Below are positions 1-10,766 of a stretch of DNA of 30,065 nucleotides, in pieces. Source of the stretch: Pseudomonadota bacterium (lineage in GTDB: Bacteria > Bdellovibrionota > FAC87 > UBA2466); NCBI GenBank assembly GCA_043767805.1, contig JAYUGC010000096.1, positions 1 through 30,065 on the forward strand, given 5' to 3'. Under the pieces are notes generated by a model. The model saw nothing but the letters and a program-made list of their open reading frames with translations, did not search any database and had not been told where the DNA came from. Position numbers and translations under genes: made by a program. Position 1 is the first letter of the stretch. Every line of letters begins with the position of its first letter.

Positions 1-35
1 GCTAAAAGTATCCACACACCTTTTGGCGACGGCAT
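1..35 (-). CDS. Possible 5' end of a divergent gene truncated by the window edge (MPSPKGVWILL...)
   Basis: Minus-strand ATG at 35, open to the edge, with a basic then hydrophobic start resembling a signal peptide. Only 11 codons are visible. Confidence 0.25.
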   Translation of the reverse strand, partial: MPSPKGVWILL

Positions 36-278
36 TTCCAGAAGTAAGCCTCTGTAGGGCGCGCGATTGAATTCTTACTTGAGCGTAGGAATCGGCTGCT
101 TTTCAGGCACGGGCAATTGTGGTGAATGCTGGAATAGTTGTTTAGTATTGAGTACTTATCTTGATCAGCGCATTATCGAATCAGAGACACCTACTAGCCA
201 CCGCAACTAAGTCTTACCCACGGAAGAGGGCCAGGATGGCCGCACCCAGCTCGCACTCGAAGCCAAAAGGAGTTGGTA

Positions 279-740
279 GTGAGAAAAACCGTGAACATAA
301 CGCCCGCGCTGGTGGACGCCGGATTTAAGAGACGGGGATCTAAAGGAAGCCCCCTTCTTGTAACGTGGGGACACCCCCGCATCTTGGTAGTGGATGACGA
401 CCCTTCCTTCGGCCGCATCCTCGCGCAGTACGCGCGCAACGAAGGTGTGTCTCTCGCGTTTTTTCGATCCCTCGACGAAGTCCGGGGCAACCTTAGCCGG
501 TGGCGTTTCGATGCAGCCGTGGTTGATTCCGATCTCGGTAACGAGACCGGTCTCGAAGCGGTGAAGTACTTCGAGCGGTTTCTTCTCAATCTTCCGATTC
601 TCTTGGTGAGTCAGTCCGAGCTGGGGGTTCCCCCTCGGCACGAGTGGCCCTCTTCCGTGAGGCGATTTTTGCCCAAGAACGTCGGGCACCGCACGATTCT
701 GGAAACCATCGTACACCTGGCAAAAAAGGAAAAGGAGTGA
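279..740 (+). CDS. Single-domain response regulator (CheY-like REC)
   Basis: ILVVDDD, AAVVDSDLG (phospho-Asp), ILLVS and FLPK motifs. AGGAG at 268-272 favours the GTG start at 279 over TTG at 273. Confidence 0.88.
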   Translation: MRKTVNITPALVDAGFKRRGSKGSPLLVTWGHPRILVVDDDPSFGRILAQYARNEGVSLAFFRSLDEVRGNLSRWRFDAAVVDSDLGNETGLEAVKYFERFLLNLPILLVSQSELGVPPRHEWPSSVRRFLPKNVGHRTILETIVHLAKKEKE

Positions 741-742
741 TT

Positions 743-1120
743 ATGGAACCGTTAACGCAGCCTTATTTTGGAAAAGCCATCCCGGCCATCCCCGCGCCCA
801 CGAAAATGCGCGTGGTCTTGAACGAGCATGATCCGATTTACTCCCATACGCTCGGCCGCGACCCCGAAGCGATGATGAGCGCGGCGAAACAAAATCCCGT
901 GAAGCCGGCGCTGACTCTCATCACCGAGGCAACGCTCGTGGACCGGGTGCCGCGCGCCCGCACCCCGAGGAAATGGCTCACGTACGTCGTGGTGCTGTCG
1001 TTCGTCGCGGTGGCTACTTTGTTTTTCATGCCCGGTCCTAAAACTACCAATGACGAAAGGCCTTCCACCGAGCCGTACTTCTGGGACGGCAACGGAAGTC
1101 CTTTGGGGCGAATGTCCTAA
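743..1120 (+). CDS. Hypothetical single-pass membrane protein (125 aa)
   Basis: ATG at 743 follows AAGGAG, 2 nt after the upstream stop. One hydrophobic helix, WLTYVVVLSFVAVATLFFM. Confidence 0.7.
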   Translation: MEPLTQPYFGKAIPAIPAPTKMRVVLNEHDPIYSHTLGRDPEAMMSAAKQNPVKPALTLITEATLVDRVPRARTPRKWLTYVVVLSFVAVATLFFMPGPKTTNDERPSTEPYFWDGNGSPLGRMS

Positions 1121-1200
1121 GCTCGCCAGGCGGGAAAAAGGGGAAACGTATCAACCCACTAACGCTGTGGGCCGGACCACGTCCGAAACTGACGCTTCGC

Positions 1201-1230
1201 TCAAACGAGGCCCGGTCTTTCGGCCGATAA
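1201..1230 (+). promoter_or_regulatory. Candidate sigma28 (FliA)-type promoter
   Basis: Exact -10 consensus GCCGATAA at 1223-1230, 30 nt before ATG 1261. The -35 (TCAAAC) is a weak match with off-consensus spacing. Confidence 0.5.
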
Positions 1231-1260
1231 AGCTACTAGGAAAACCTTCCCGAGGACCTC

Positions 1261-2352
1261 ATGCCCAAAGCCAAGAAATTCACCGTAACTCTAGACGACG
1301 ATCCTCTCGTGGGCCGTCTCATCGAGAAAGCGACGGGCATTCCCACGGTCTCGTTCTCGTCTCCCGAAGCGCTTCGCGAGAAAGCATCTTCGCTTTCTCC
1401 CGTCGCGGCGTTCGTGGACCTCCATCTCGGCGACGAGTGCGGCCTCGACCTCATCCCAACGCTCCGGGAAAAATGGTTTTACTGTCCGATTCTCGTCATC
1501 ACCGGGGACCCGGAAGACGAAGCCGTGACACGCGCTCTCGCCGCCGGTGCCGATGATTTTCTGATGAAACCGCTCAGACCCGGGGAGCTCCTCGCGCGCC
1601 TGCAAGCGCGCTGGAACGACCACGCTCGTCTCGAAGCGAAGAACGTAGTGCGCATGAGGGACGTGCAACTCGACGCCACTTACCGGCGCCTGCGCGGACG
1701 TAAAGCCGAGCGGCATCTTTCTGAGACGGAAGTGAATTTACTTCGCTGCTTGTGGAGCGCGGAAGGCACCGTCGTGCCGCGCGAGGCATTGAAGTGGCAG
1801 GGTTGGGGCCAGAGAGCAGTGAGCGACGCGAATCTAGATCGCAAGCTCCACGATTTACGGGCCATTCTAGCGGAGACGAGCGAACAGCTCGCTGTCGAGA
1901 ACAGCTACGGGGAAGGGTTCAGTTTGAAAATGGCGACGCAAAGTGAGGGGAAAACCATGAAGACGACCAAAACCAAGCTGAGAGTGGTCTCCGCGGAACC
2001 GCTACTCAACGAGGAAAAAATCAAAGACCTCTACGAGCTCTCTCGCGGAGGCGACTCGAATTTCTTTCAAGAGATCGTCACTCTCTTTCTCACCGACTCC
2101 TTGGGGGTGGCGGAAGGCCTGAGCCAAGCGGTGAATCAGAAGGACGCGAAAAAAACGCGTCAGCTCGCCCATAAACTCAAAGGCATGTGCTTCAACATCG
2201 GCGGAGACAGCGTCGCCAACATCTGCAGCGAGCTCGAAGTCATGGGAGCTAATGAGGCCCTAAACGGAGCCGAGGACTGTTTGATCCGGTTTCAATCGAC
2301 CTACGCCGAGCTACAAAACGCTCTGCAAGCCAGACTGAAGCAGGCGGCCTAA
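1261..2352 (+). CDS. OmpR/PhoB-family response regulator (REC + winged-helix) fused to a C-terminal Hpt domain
   Basis: REC: LDDD, FVDLHL, VITG, FLMKP. wHTH: LSETEVNLL...VPREAL...NLDRKLHDLR...YGEGFSL. Hpt: LAHKLKGMCFNIG. Confidence 0.88.
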   Translation: MPKAKKFTVTLDDDPLVGRLIEKATGIPTVSFSSPEALREKASSLSPVAAFVDLHLGDECGLDLIPTLREKWFYCPILVITGDPEDEAVTRALAAGADDFLMKPLRPGELLARLQARWNDHARLEAKNVVRMRDVQLDATYRRLRGRKAERHLSETEVNLLRCLWSAEGTVVPREALKWQGWGQRAVSDANLDRKLHDLRAILAETSEQLAVENSYGEGFSLKMATQSEGKTMKTTKTKLRVVSAEPLLNEEKIKDLYELSRGGDSNFFQEIVTLFLTDSLGVAEGLSQAVNQKDAKKTRQLAHKLKGMCFNIGGDSVANICSELEVMGANEALNGAEDCLIRFQSTYAELQNALQARLKQAA

Positions 2353-2367
2353 GCCGGAGAACTGGGT

Positions 2368-4746
<2,379 letters not shown>

Positions 4747-4760
4747 ATCTTGTAAGCGCG

Positions 4761-5576
4761 TTATCCTAGGCTCCGCCGTAGGCCTGTGGCGAGGACGGCG
4801 GACGTTGTCGAATCCTGTGACTCCGTAGCACCCGAAAGGTTCATCGAGGGCTCGCGGAGCTCTGAAACGTCGGAAACGGGCCGGACCAGCATGGGGCCCG
4901 TTGAGACCACCTTATCGCTCACGATGCGCCCGTCCTTCACGGACAAGATGCGCTTTGCAACGGCAAGCACCATGGAGTCATGAGACGAGAAGAGAAAGGT
5001 GATGCCTTTCGTCTCGTTCAAGCTGCGAAAGAGCACCAAGAGTTTTTCCGCAGTGGCCGAATCGAGATTGGCCGTGGGCTCGTCGGCGAATACGATTTTA
5101 GGGCCGGTGACGATGGCGCGAGCAATCGCGACCCGTTGTTGCTGGCCCCCGGAAAGCTCCGAGGGGAACCGACGAGCGAACTTGCCCAGACCCACTTCCT
5201 CCAAAGCTTCTTGCGCCAGGCGCTTACGCCGCGCAGGAAGCACGTCGTTTAAGGCAAGCGGATACTCGACGTTCTCAAGCGCCGTCAAAACCGGGAATAA
5301 GTTATAAGACTGAAAAACAAAGCCCACCGATTTACGCCGGATGCGGGCAAGCGCTTCCGGGCTGAGTGACTTGAGCGTTTTACCGAGGAAGGTCACTTCT
5401 CCATCGGTCGGATGGTCTAGCCCCGCCGCCAAATTGAGCAGCGTGGTCTTACCCGACCCCGAAGGGCCGGCGAGTGCCGCGAACTCGCCTTCGGTGAGCT
5501 CAAAGCTCACATCCTCGAGGGCTACCGCGTCGCCACCGTATTTCTTGGACACCTTTTTCAAAAGTAGAAGGCTCAT
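4761..5576 (-). CDS. ABC transporter ATP-binding protein, LolD/MacB family
   Basis: Walker [10 protein letters not shown]-loop GFVFQ, signature [16 protein letters not shown], and H-loop SSHD. Confidence 0.95.
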   Translation of the reverse strand: MSLLLLKKVSKKYGGDAVALEDVSFELTEGEFAALAGPSGSGKTTLLNLAAGLDHPTDGEVTFLGKTLKSLSPEALARIRRKSVGFVFQSYNLFPVLTALENVEYPLALNDVLPARRKRLAQEALEEVGLGKFARRFPSELSGGQQQRVAIARAIVTGPKIVFADEPTANLDSATAEKLLVLFRSLNETKGITFLFSSHDSMVLAVAKRILSVKDGRIVSDKVVSTGPMLVRPVSDVSELREPSMNLSGATESQDSTTSAVLATGLRRSLG

Positions 5577-6817
5577 TAGTGGGACCTCAAAGCTTTCACC
5601 GTGTTTAGTCCGGAGATATGCCGGACCGGGATGAAGGAAACGAGAATCGAGAGGACCAAAATGCTCAAGGTAATGACCAGGGAGTTGTTGAGCTGGACCG
5701 TGGGGTAACTCACCGTCTGAATGATGGTGCCCTCGACCACGATCTTCTGACTGGTGAGCCAGGCTAGATCAAATCCGACCTTATTGAAGTAGAGTGTCAG
5801 GCCAATTCCGAAGAGATTGCCGAGGGCCACGCCCACCAGGCTCAAGAAGAGCGTCTCCAAAATGACCATCTTGATGACCTCGTATTTCGTGGTTCCGATA
5901 GCCATCATCACGCCGAACTCTCTGGTTCTCTCCAAAATACTCATGAGAATGGAGTTCGCGATTCCCATAGCGGCGATGAAGAGGATGACGATCATCAAAA
6001 GCCGGTTCGCGCTCTTATTGAGCTCGATCATCGCCATGAGCGGGCGCTGTATCTCCATCCAGCTCAAAACTTCCGCTTGATCGGAGGGCAAAATGCGCTT
6101 GAGCTTCTTTTGAACGAGAGGCAATTCAGACTCACGCTTTAAAACGATGGCTATCTGATGAGCCGTGCCCTTTGCCGGCAGGCTCAAGAGAGTACGCGCG
6201 TCGTCCAAATGAATGAAGGCGAGCGACTTATCGAGGTTGGATTGAGTCTCAAAGATTCCACCCACGAAAAAGAGCTCGTTGCCGACCGAGCCGTCCATGC
6301 CTTGGGTTAAAGCGACGACCTTCTCACCGAGCTTCACCTTCAAGAGCTTGGCGAGCGCCCGGCCGATGACAATGCTTTTACGCGCGTTCGGAGCGAGGTA
6401 CTCGCCTTCGATGAGATTCGCGGCGAAGCGGGTTACCTTCTTTTCGCGCCTGGGATCGATACCGGTGAAGAGAATGCTGGCGGAGCCGCGCGGCGAGGAC
6501 AGCATGCCTTGCGCGAGAACGCGCGAGCTAAAAGATTTTACGCGGGGATCTTTCGCCAGAAAGGCTTCGATGTCGGTCGAGTTCTTTAGATAGTGGGTGG
6601 AAACGTTTTCTTCCTGATAGCCGGGGGCCGTTACGACGAGGTGTCCGCTATTGTAGCGAATGACGTTATGGATGACTTGTTCGTGGAAGGAGTCGTAGTA
6701 GTTGTAAATCCCCACCAGCGCCATGACGCCCACGCCGATGGCGTTCACCGTAATGAGAGTGCGGCGCTTGTTTCGCCAAATATTCTTCCAGCAAAGGCGT
6801 ACGAAGTAAGGACTCAT
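5576..6817 (-). CDS. ABC transporter permease, FtsX/MacB/LolC-E family
   Basis: N-terminal KNIWRNKRRTLIT, TM1, a large periplasmic domain, SILERTREFGVMMAIG, and three C-terminal TM helices. Its stop overlaps the ATPase start by 1 nt. Confidence 0.93.
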   Translation of the reverse strand: MSPYFVRLCWKNIWRNKRRTLITVNAIGVGVMALVGIYNYYDSFHEQVIHNVIRYNSGHLVVTAPGYQEENVSTHYLKNSTDIEAFLAKDPRVKSFSSRVLAQGMLSSPRGSASILFTGIDPRREKKVTRFAANLIEGEYLAPNARKSIVIGRALAKLLKVKLGEKVVALTQGMDGSVGNELFFVGGIFETQSNLDKSLAFIHLDDARTLLSLPAKGTAHQIAIVLKRESELPLVQKKLKRILPSDQAEVLSWMEIQRPLMAMIELNKSANRLLMIVILFIAAMGIANSILMSILERTREFGVMMAIGTTKYEVIKMVILETLFLSLVGVALGNLFGIGLTLYFNKVGFDLAWLTSQKIVVEGTIIQTVSYPTVQLNNSLVITLSILVLSILVSFIPVRHISGLNTVKALRSH

Positions 6818-6924
6818 TTCGATACTTTACCGATCTAATGCCCTGCCATTGCCTGTGAGAAGATGGAGCTATCCCCATGATTGGAGCAAGCCCACCCGAC
6901 ATTAAAGGGTCATCCTGAAGAGCA

Positions 6925-8136
6925 ATGGTTGTTTTAGTCACATTGGCGGTCGCCCTATGGGCGTTCACCTCCATCTCCCTCTTCATAGGCACCGCCTTGG
7001 TGATCCGCCATTACGACCGCCGCACTCCCGAACCGCCGAACGGGCAGTGGCCGCCCGTTTCCGTTTTGAAGCCTCTGAAGGGAGTGGATTCCGATCTCGA
7101 GGCCAATCTCGCGACTTTCTTTGCTTTGGATTATCCCCGTTACGAGATTCTTTTTTCCGTGGCGGACGCAAGCGATGCTGCCTGTGAAGTGGCGGCTCGG
7201 CTCATTAAGGCGCATCCCGAAGTGCCGGCAACCTTGTACTTCGGAGAAATGCTGATCGGTCCCAACCCGAAGGTGAACAATCTTCTCCGTCCCATCACCA
7301 AAGCGAGCCACGACCTCATCTTGATCTCGGACAGCAACGTGCGCGCGAATCCCACTTACTTAAAGAGACTCGTCTCCGAGATGCGAGACGGCGTCGGCGT
7401 GGTGACGGCGGCGACCGCGGGCCGAGGTGCGGTGGGACTCGCAGGCGATTTGGAAACGGCTTATCAGAATACCTTCTTCGTTCGCTGGATGCATTTGGCC
7501 TCAGCCGTCGGCGTGCCGCTCGTGATGGGAAAATCCATGCTCTTTCGTCGGCGCGTCGCCCACCGCTTCGGCGGACTACTCGCGCTGTCTCCTTTCATCG
7601 CGGAAGATTTTTGGATGGGCCGCAACATGAAGGCGCTTGGCCTCAGAGTGGCGCTCATGCGGGAGCCCATCCACCACCACATCGGCGCTTATACGTTTAA
7701 GAACTTTTGGGACCGCCACGTCCGCTGGGGAAGAATCCGCAAAGGACAGGCGCCTTTCGCGTTTCTCATCGAGCCCGCGGGCACGGCCTGGATCTCGGGT
7801 CTCATCGGCGCGTGGGCCTTTCATCAGTGGCTGGGCGTCTCCGCCCTCACCTTCTTCGCGGTACATACCGCTTACTTTCTCGCGGCCGATCTTTGGCTAC
7901 TCAAGAAGATGGGCGGCGACAGGCCGCTTTGGAGAGCGATGAGTGCCTCAATCCTGAGAGAGGCTTTGGCGCTGCCCCTGTGGGCGTATACGCTCGCGGG
8001 AAGCACGGTGCGCTGGCGCGGCAACCGCTTGCTCCTCCACTTCGGAGGCAGAGTGAGTCAGATTTCAGAGCCCAGAAACACACCGGCCGCTGAACTGGGG
8101 CAAGTGCGCCCTCACATTCAGCGGCCGAATCTGTAA
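6925..8136 (+). CDS. Ceramide glucosyltransferase/HpnI-like GT2 glycosyltransferase
   Basis: N-terminal TM, VSVLKPLKG, NPKVNNL, ISDSNV, GKSMLFRR, IAEDF, RHVRW ((Q/R)xxRW), and C-terminal VRWRG. Confidence 0.88.
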   Translation: MVVLVTLAVALWAFTSISLFIGTALVIRHYDRRTPEPPNGQWPPVSVLKPLKGVDSDLEANLATFFALDYPRYEILFSVADASDAACEVAARLIKAHPEVPATLYFGEMLIGPNPKVNNLLRPITKASHDLILISDSNVRANPTYLKRLVSEMRDGVGVVTAATAGRGAVGLAGDLETAYQNTFFVRWMHLASAVGVPLVMGKSMLFRRRVAHRFGGLLALSPFIAEDFWMGRNMKALGLRVALMREPIHHHIGAYTFKNFWDRHVRWGRIRKGQAPFAFLIEPAGTAWISGLIGAWAFHQWLGVSALTFFAVHTAYFLAADLWLLKKMGGDRPLWRAMSASILREALALPLWAYTLAGSTVRWRGNRLLLHFGGRVSQISEPRNTPAAELGQVRPHIQRPNL

Positions 8137-8153
8137 AACTTAGAACTTAGCGA

Positions 8154-8498
8154 TTACCAGCCGACGTAGCCGCCGCCGCGAGGGCCGGTCCAGCTCACGT
8201 AACCGTTGTTGCCGTAGTATCCACCACCGCAGTTGCCGGTGCGGCATCCGCCGTTACCGCCGTAGTTCCCGCCGCCGGAGTTACCGTAGTAACCGCCGTA
8301 GTTCGAGCCCTGGTACTGCTGCTGATTTTGATACTGGTATTGGTTCTGCTGTTGGTACTGAGGCTGCTGCTGTTGCGTCTGAGGGATGGGCTGAGGAAGC
8401 ATCGCCACAGGAGCGACAGGATCCTTTCCGCAAGCCGTCAGCGCCAAGAGCGCGACCGAAAAACCAAGTTGGATAAAGCGTTTAGAAGAAAAATTCAT
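8154..8498 (-). CDS. Small lipoprotein with Q/Y-rich then G/N/Y-rich low-complexity body (114 aa)
   Basis: ATG at 8498 after a G-run SD. MNFSSKRFIQLGFSVALLALTAC ends in a lipobox. Confidence 0.8.
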   Translation of the reverse strand: MNFSSKRFIQLGFSVALLALTACGKDPVAPVAMLPQPIPQTQQQQPQYQQQNQYQYQNQQQYQGSNYGGYYGNSGGGNYGGNGGCRTGNCGGGYYGNNGYVSWTGPRGGGYVGW

Positions 8499-8543
8499 TT
8501 TAGACCCCCCCGGGAACCAAACGGTTCCTCGGCGGGACGCTAG

Positions 8544-8559
8544 TGCAGTGGGCGTGCCA
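8544..8559 (-). promoter_or_regulatory. Sigma54 (-24/-12) promoter
   Basis: Minus strand reads TGGCACGCCCACTGCA, 1 mismatch to TGGCACG-N4-TTGCA with exact GG-N10-GC spacing. It lies 45 nt upstream of the lipoprotein start. Confidence 0.8.
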
Positions 8560-8634
8560 CATTTCCTGGGCACGAAGCAACTCACCCTTCCCTCGGGGAA
8601 GCCGACATTTGTCAGAAAATGCCGTCGTTGGTCA

Positions 8635-9603
8635 CTACTCCGGCATCGGAGGAGGCGGCGGCGTCTCGTCGTGAGAGGCGTTCTCGGGACTCAGCGCGGA
8701 GGCCGGGGCGCCCGGGATGAGATAATCCTGCACGATGAGCATGTGCTGCATGTTCGCGGAGCCGCTATCGTTCTCGAGAGCCGGAGGAGGAAGCGGTTTC
8801 ACGACGCGCGTATCGAAGACGAGCCCTTCTGGAAAGACGCTCTTGTTCTTCAAAGGATTCGGATCGTTTGTTTTCAGGTCGATTTCGACCGGAACGTGAA
8901 AGGCGTTGAGCGACGGGCTCACCAAGATGCGATCGTAGAGCTTGCTGCGGGGAGCATTCGTTTTGCGATTGCCCAAGCCGTCGTCCGGCTTGTGCTTCTC
9001 GTCGACGAGGACGGAGAGAACGTCTAAAGCGAACTCTTTGTCGCCCTTGATGTTCATGTCGCCCGCGATGGTGATGAAGTCGCCGGTTTTGACCTTCTTT
9101 TGCAAATTGGCGAGGAGCACCTGCGCTTCGGCGCGACGGCTTTCCGCGGACTTCGTGTGAAGATGCACGCTAACTACCCAAAGGACCTGCTTGCCCGGAA
9201 GTTTCACCGCCGCATACGCGAAGCCGCGATCAGGGACGGAAGGGCCCGGCCAGCTGCCGGCTTCCAGGATGGGATAACGGCTGACGATGCCGTTCGGAAT
9301 TTTGTATTTCGGATTCGTTTCCCGGTAAAAGTGAAAGCCTTTGCCGAAAGTCTTCTCCACGAACTCTTCCATCGCCGCGGGAGAGTTGTCTCCGTAGTTC
9401 ATTTCCTGAAGGGCGACGATGTCCGGTTGCACCGCTTGCAAAATGCGGATGCCGTGACCGGGGTCGTAAGTCTGGTGATTACCGCTCGTAATGTTGGCGG
9501 CGGCGATCCGAAGCCGCGTGGCCGGGTCGGCGCCGAAGGCCAACGAAGTCAGAAGGACCAGACTGAGTAAGGACGTCTTCAAGAACCGGGTATAGGAGAG
9601 CAT
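8635..9603 (-). CDS. Secreted endonuclease/exonuclease/phosphatase (EEP) family protein
   Basis: Signal peptide ending SLAFG/A. Motifs LRIAAANI, PDIVALQE, NGIVSRYPI, SVHL, IAGDMN, YDRIL, and terminal His in MQH. Confidence 0.88.
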   Translation of the reverse strand: MLSYTRFLKTSLLSLVLLTSLAFGADPATRLRIAAANITSGNHQTYDPGHGIRILQAVQPDIVALQEMNYGDNSPAAMEEFVEKTFGKGFHFYRETNPKYKIPNGIVSRYPILEAGSWPGPSVPDRGFAYAAVKLPGKQVLWVVSVHLHTKSAESRRAEAQVLLANLQKKVKTGDFITIAGDMNIKGDKEFALDVLSVLVDEKHKPDDGLGNRKTNAPRSKLYDRILVSPSLNAFHVPVEIDLKTNDPNPLKNKSVFPEGLVFDTRVVKPLPPPALENDSGSANMQHMLIVQDYLIPGAPASALSPENASHDETPPPPPMPE

Positions 9604-9609
9604 TTGCCT

Positions 9610-9638
9610 ATTGTAGCGATTTCAACGCGCTCAGTCAC
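9610..9638 (-). promoter_or_regulatory. Candidate sigma70 promoter giving a leaderless EEP transcript
   Basis: GTGACT-N17-TACAAT, then 6 nt to ATG 9603. No SD sequence. Confidence 0.5.
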
Positions 9639-9735
9639 CACGACTCTTGTAGTCTGCGTGGAATTTCGGTCAGTTCCTTCCCCCAACCCCAGAATATTGA
9701 CTCATTGCGGCATAAGTGGGATGAGAACGCCTCTA

Positions 9736-10671
9736 ATGAAAGCGCCTATCCCCCCTTTGCTTTGGACCGCAGTCGCCTTGAGCACCGCCCTTTGCCTCCT
9801 TGGGGCGGAGGGATCCCCGGAAGCGTTCGACGAGGTCCATTTTGGGATAAATCCCGGCGCCCGGTTGCTCGCAGTCACGGTCGCCGCACAGGGAAATCTT
9901 TGGCGGCTCTGGCCGGAAGAAGTGAAAGCCGAGCATAAAAAGGGCGAATCTGAGTACGTCCTCTCCTACGTGACGGACAATTCCCCCATTCGGCAAATCA
10001 CCGCGGCCAGCGCCGACAAGAGCCTCACCGAGGCTTGTCGCCAAGAAGCCCGGCGACTGAACCAAGCGCCCGGGACCCCGGTTACCGACGATAAAATCGT
10101 GACGACCGTGTACGTGCCGGTGGAAGAAGGTTCGCCCACTCGCCTCTCCGCCCGCGCCCTGGAAGGCTTGAGAATCGTGGATGTCCGTCCACTAGACGCC
10201 ACTGCCTTCTCGACGAACGCCAAAGACCTGGAGCTGGAAAGCTGGACGCGAGCAGTTTACTTGAAGGTGAGCTACCAAGGAACCGAAAAGCGAGCCATCG
10301 GTCCTTCCGACATCGTCGTCACCGGCGATCCCATAAAGGGGGAGTACCAAGTCTCCCTCCAAAAAGCCGGCAAAGCCGCCTTGACCCAACTCGCGGCCGA
10401 CGGCGCGCTCTCCGCCGAATGCGCCAAAGCGCTCCTCGCCACGAAGTCGGCCTCGGCTGCTTCGAAGCCGGCGCCATCGGGCCCCCCGAAACTCGGTTTT
10501 AGCCTCTTCAGCGGCCTACGAAGCGTCAGTAGCTTTTTGAATTTCAAACGCTTGCTGCCCTCCACGCACACTGCCATCGTGCTCCTGTCCATTCCGGAGA
10601 GCGCCCCTCGCACCCTGAGCGTGCAAACCCCGAAGGGCGTCACCCTCCAGGAGCTAGGCTCCATAGACTAA
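9736..10671 (+). CDS. Secreted hypothetical protein with an internal two-fold repeat (paralog 1)
   Basis: Signal-like MKAPIPPLLWTAVALSTALCLLGA. Clear similarity to the next gene. ATG 9721 is an alternative start. Confidence 0.75.
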   Translation: MKAPIPPLLWTAVALSTALCLLGAEGSPEAFDEVHFGINPGARLLAVTVAAQGNLWRLWPEEVKAEHKKGESEYVLSYVTDNSPIRQITAASADKSLTEACRQEARRLNQAPGTPVTDDKIVTTVYVPVEEGSPTRLSARALEGLRIVDVRPLDATAFSTNAKDLELESWTRAVYLKVSYQGTEKRAIGPSDIVVTGDPIKGEYQVSLQKAGKAALTQLAADGALSAECAKALLATKSASAASKPAPSGPPKLGFSLFSGLRSVSSFLNFKRLLPSTHTAIVLLSIPESAPRTLSVQTPKGVTLQELGSID

Positions 10672-10766
10672 GTCCCTTCCATCCCCTCAAAAACATTCAA
10701 GCTTTTCTTGACTCGTTGCATTATAAAGGGGAGAGATCCGGCTTCCACGTTGTAAAGGGGTCTCGC

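Noticed and set aside
105..120. Sigma54-like AGGCACGGGCAATTGT
   Set aside because: It fails the GG-N10-GC rule.
8587..8601. Hairpin CTTCCC-TCG-GGGAAG as terminator of the EEP gene
   Set aside because: The stem is short and no U-tract follows on the minus strand.
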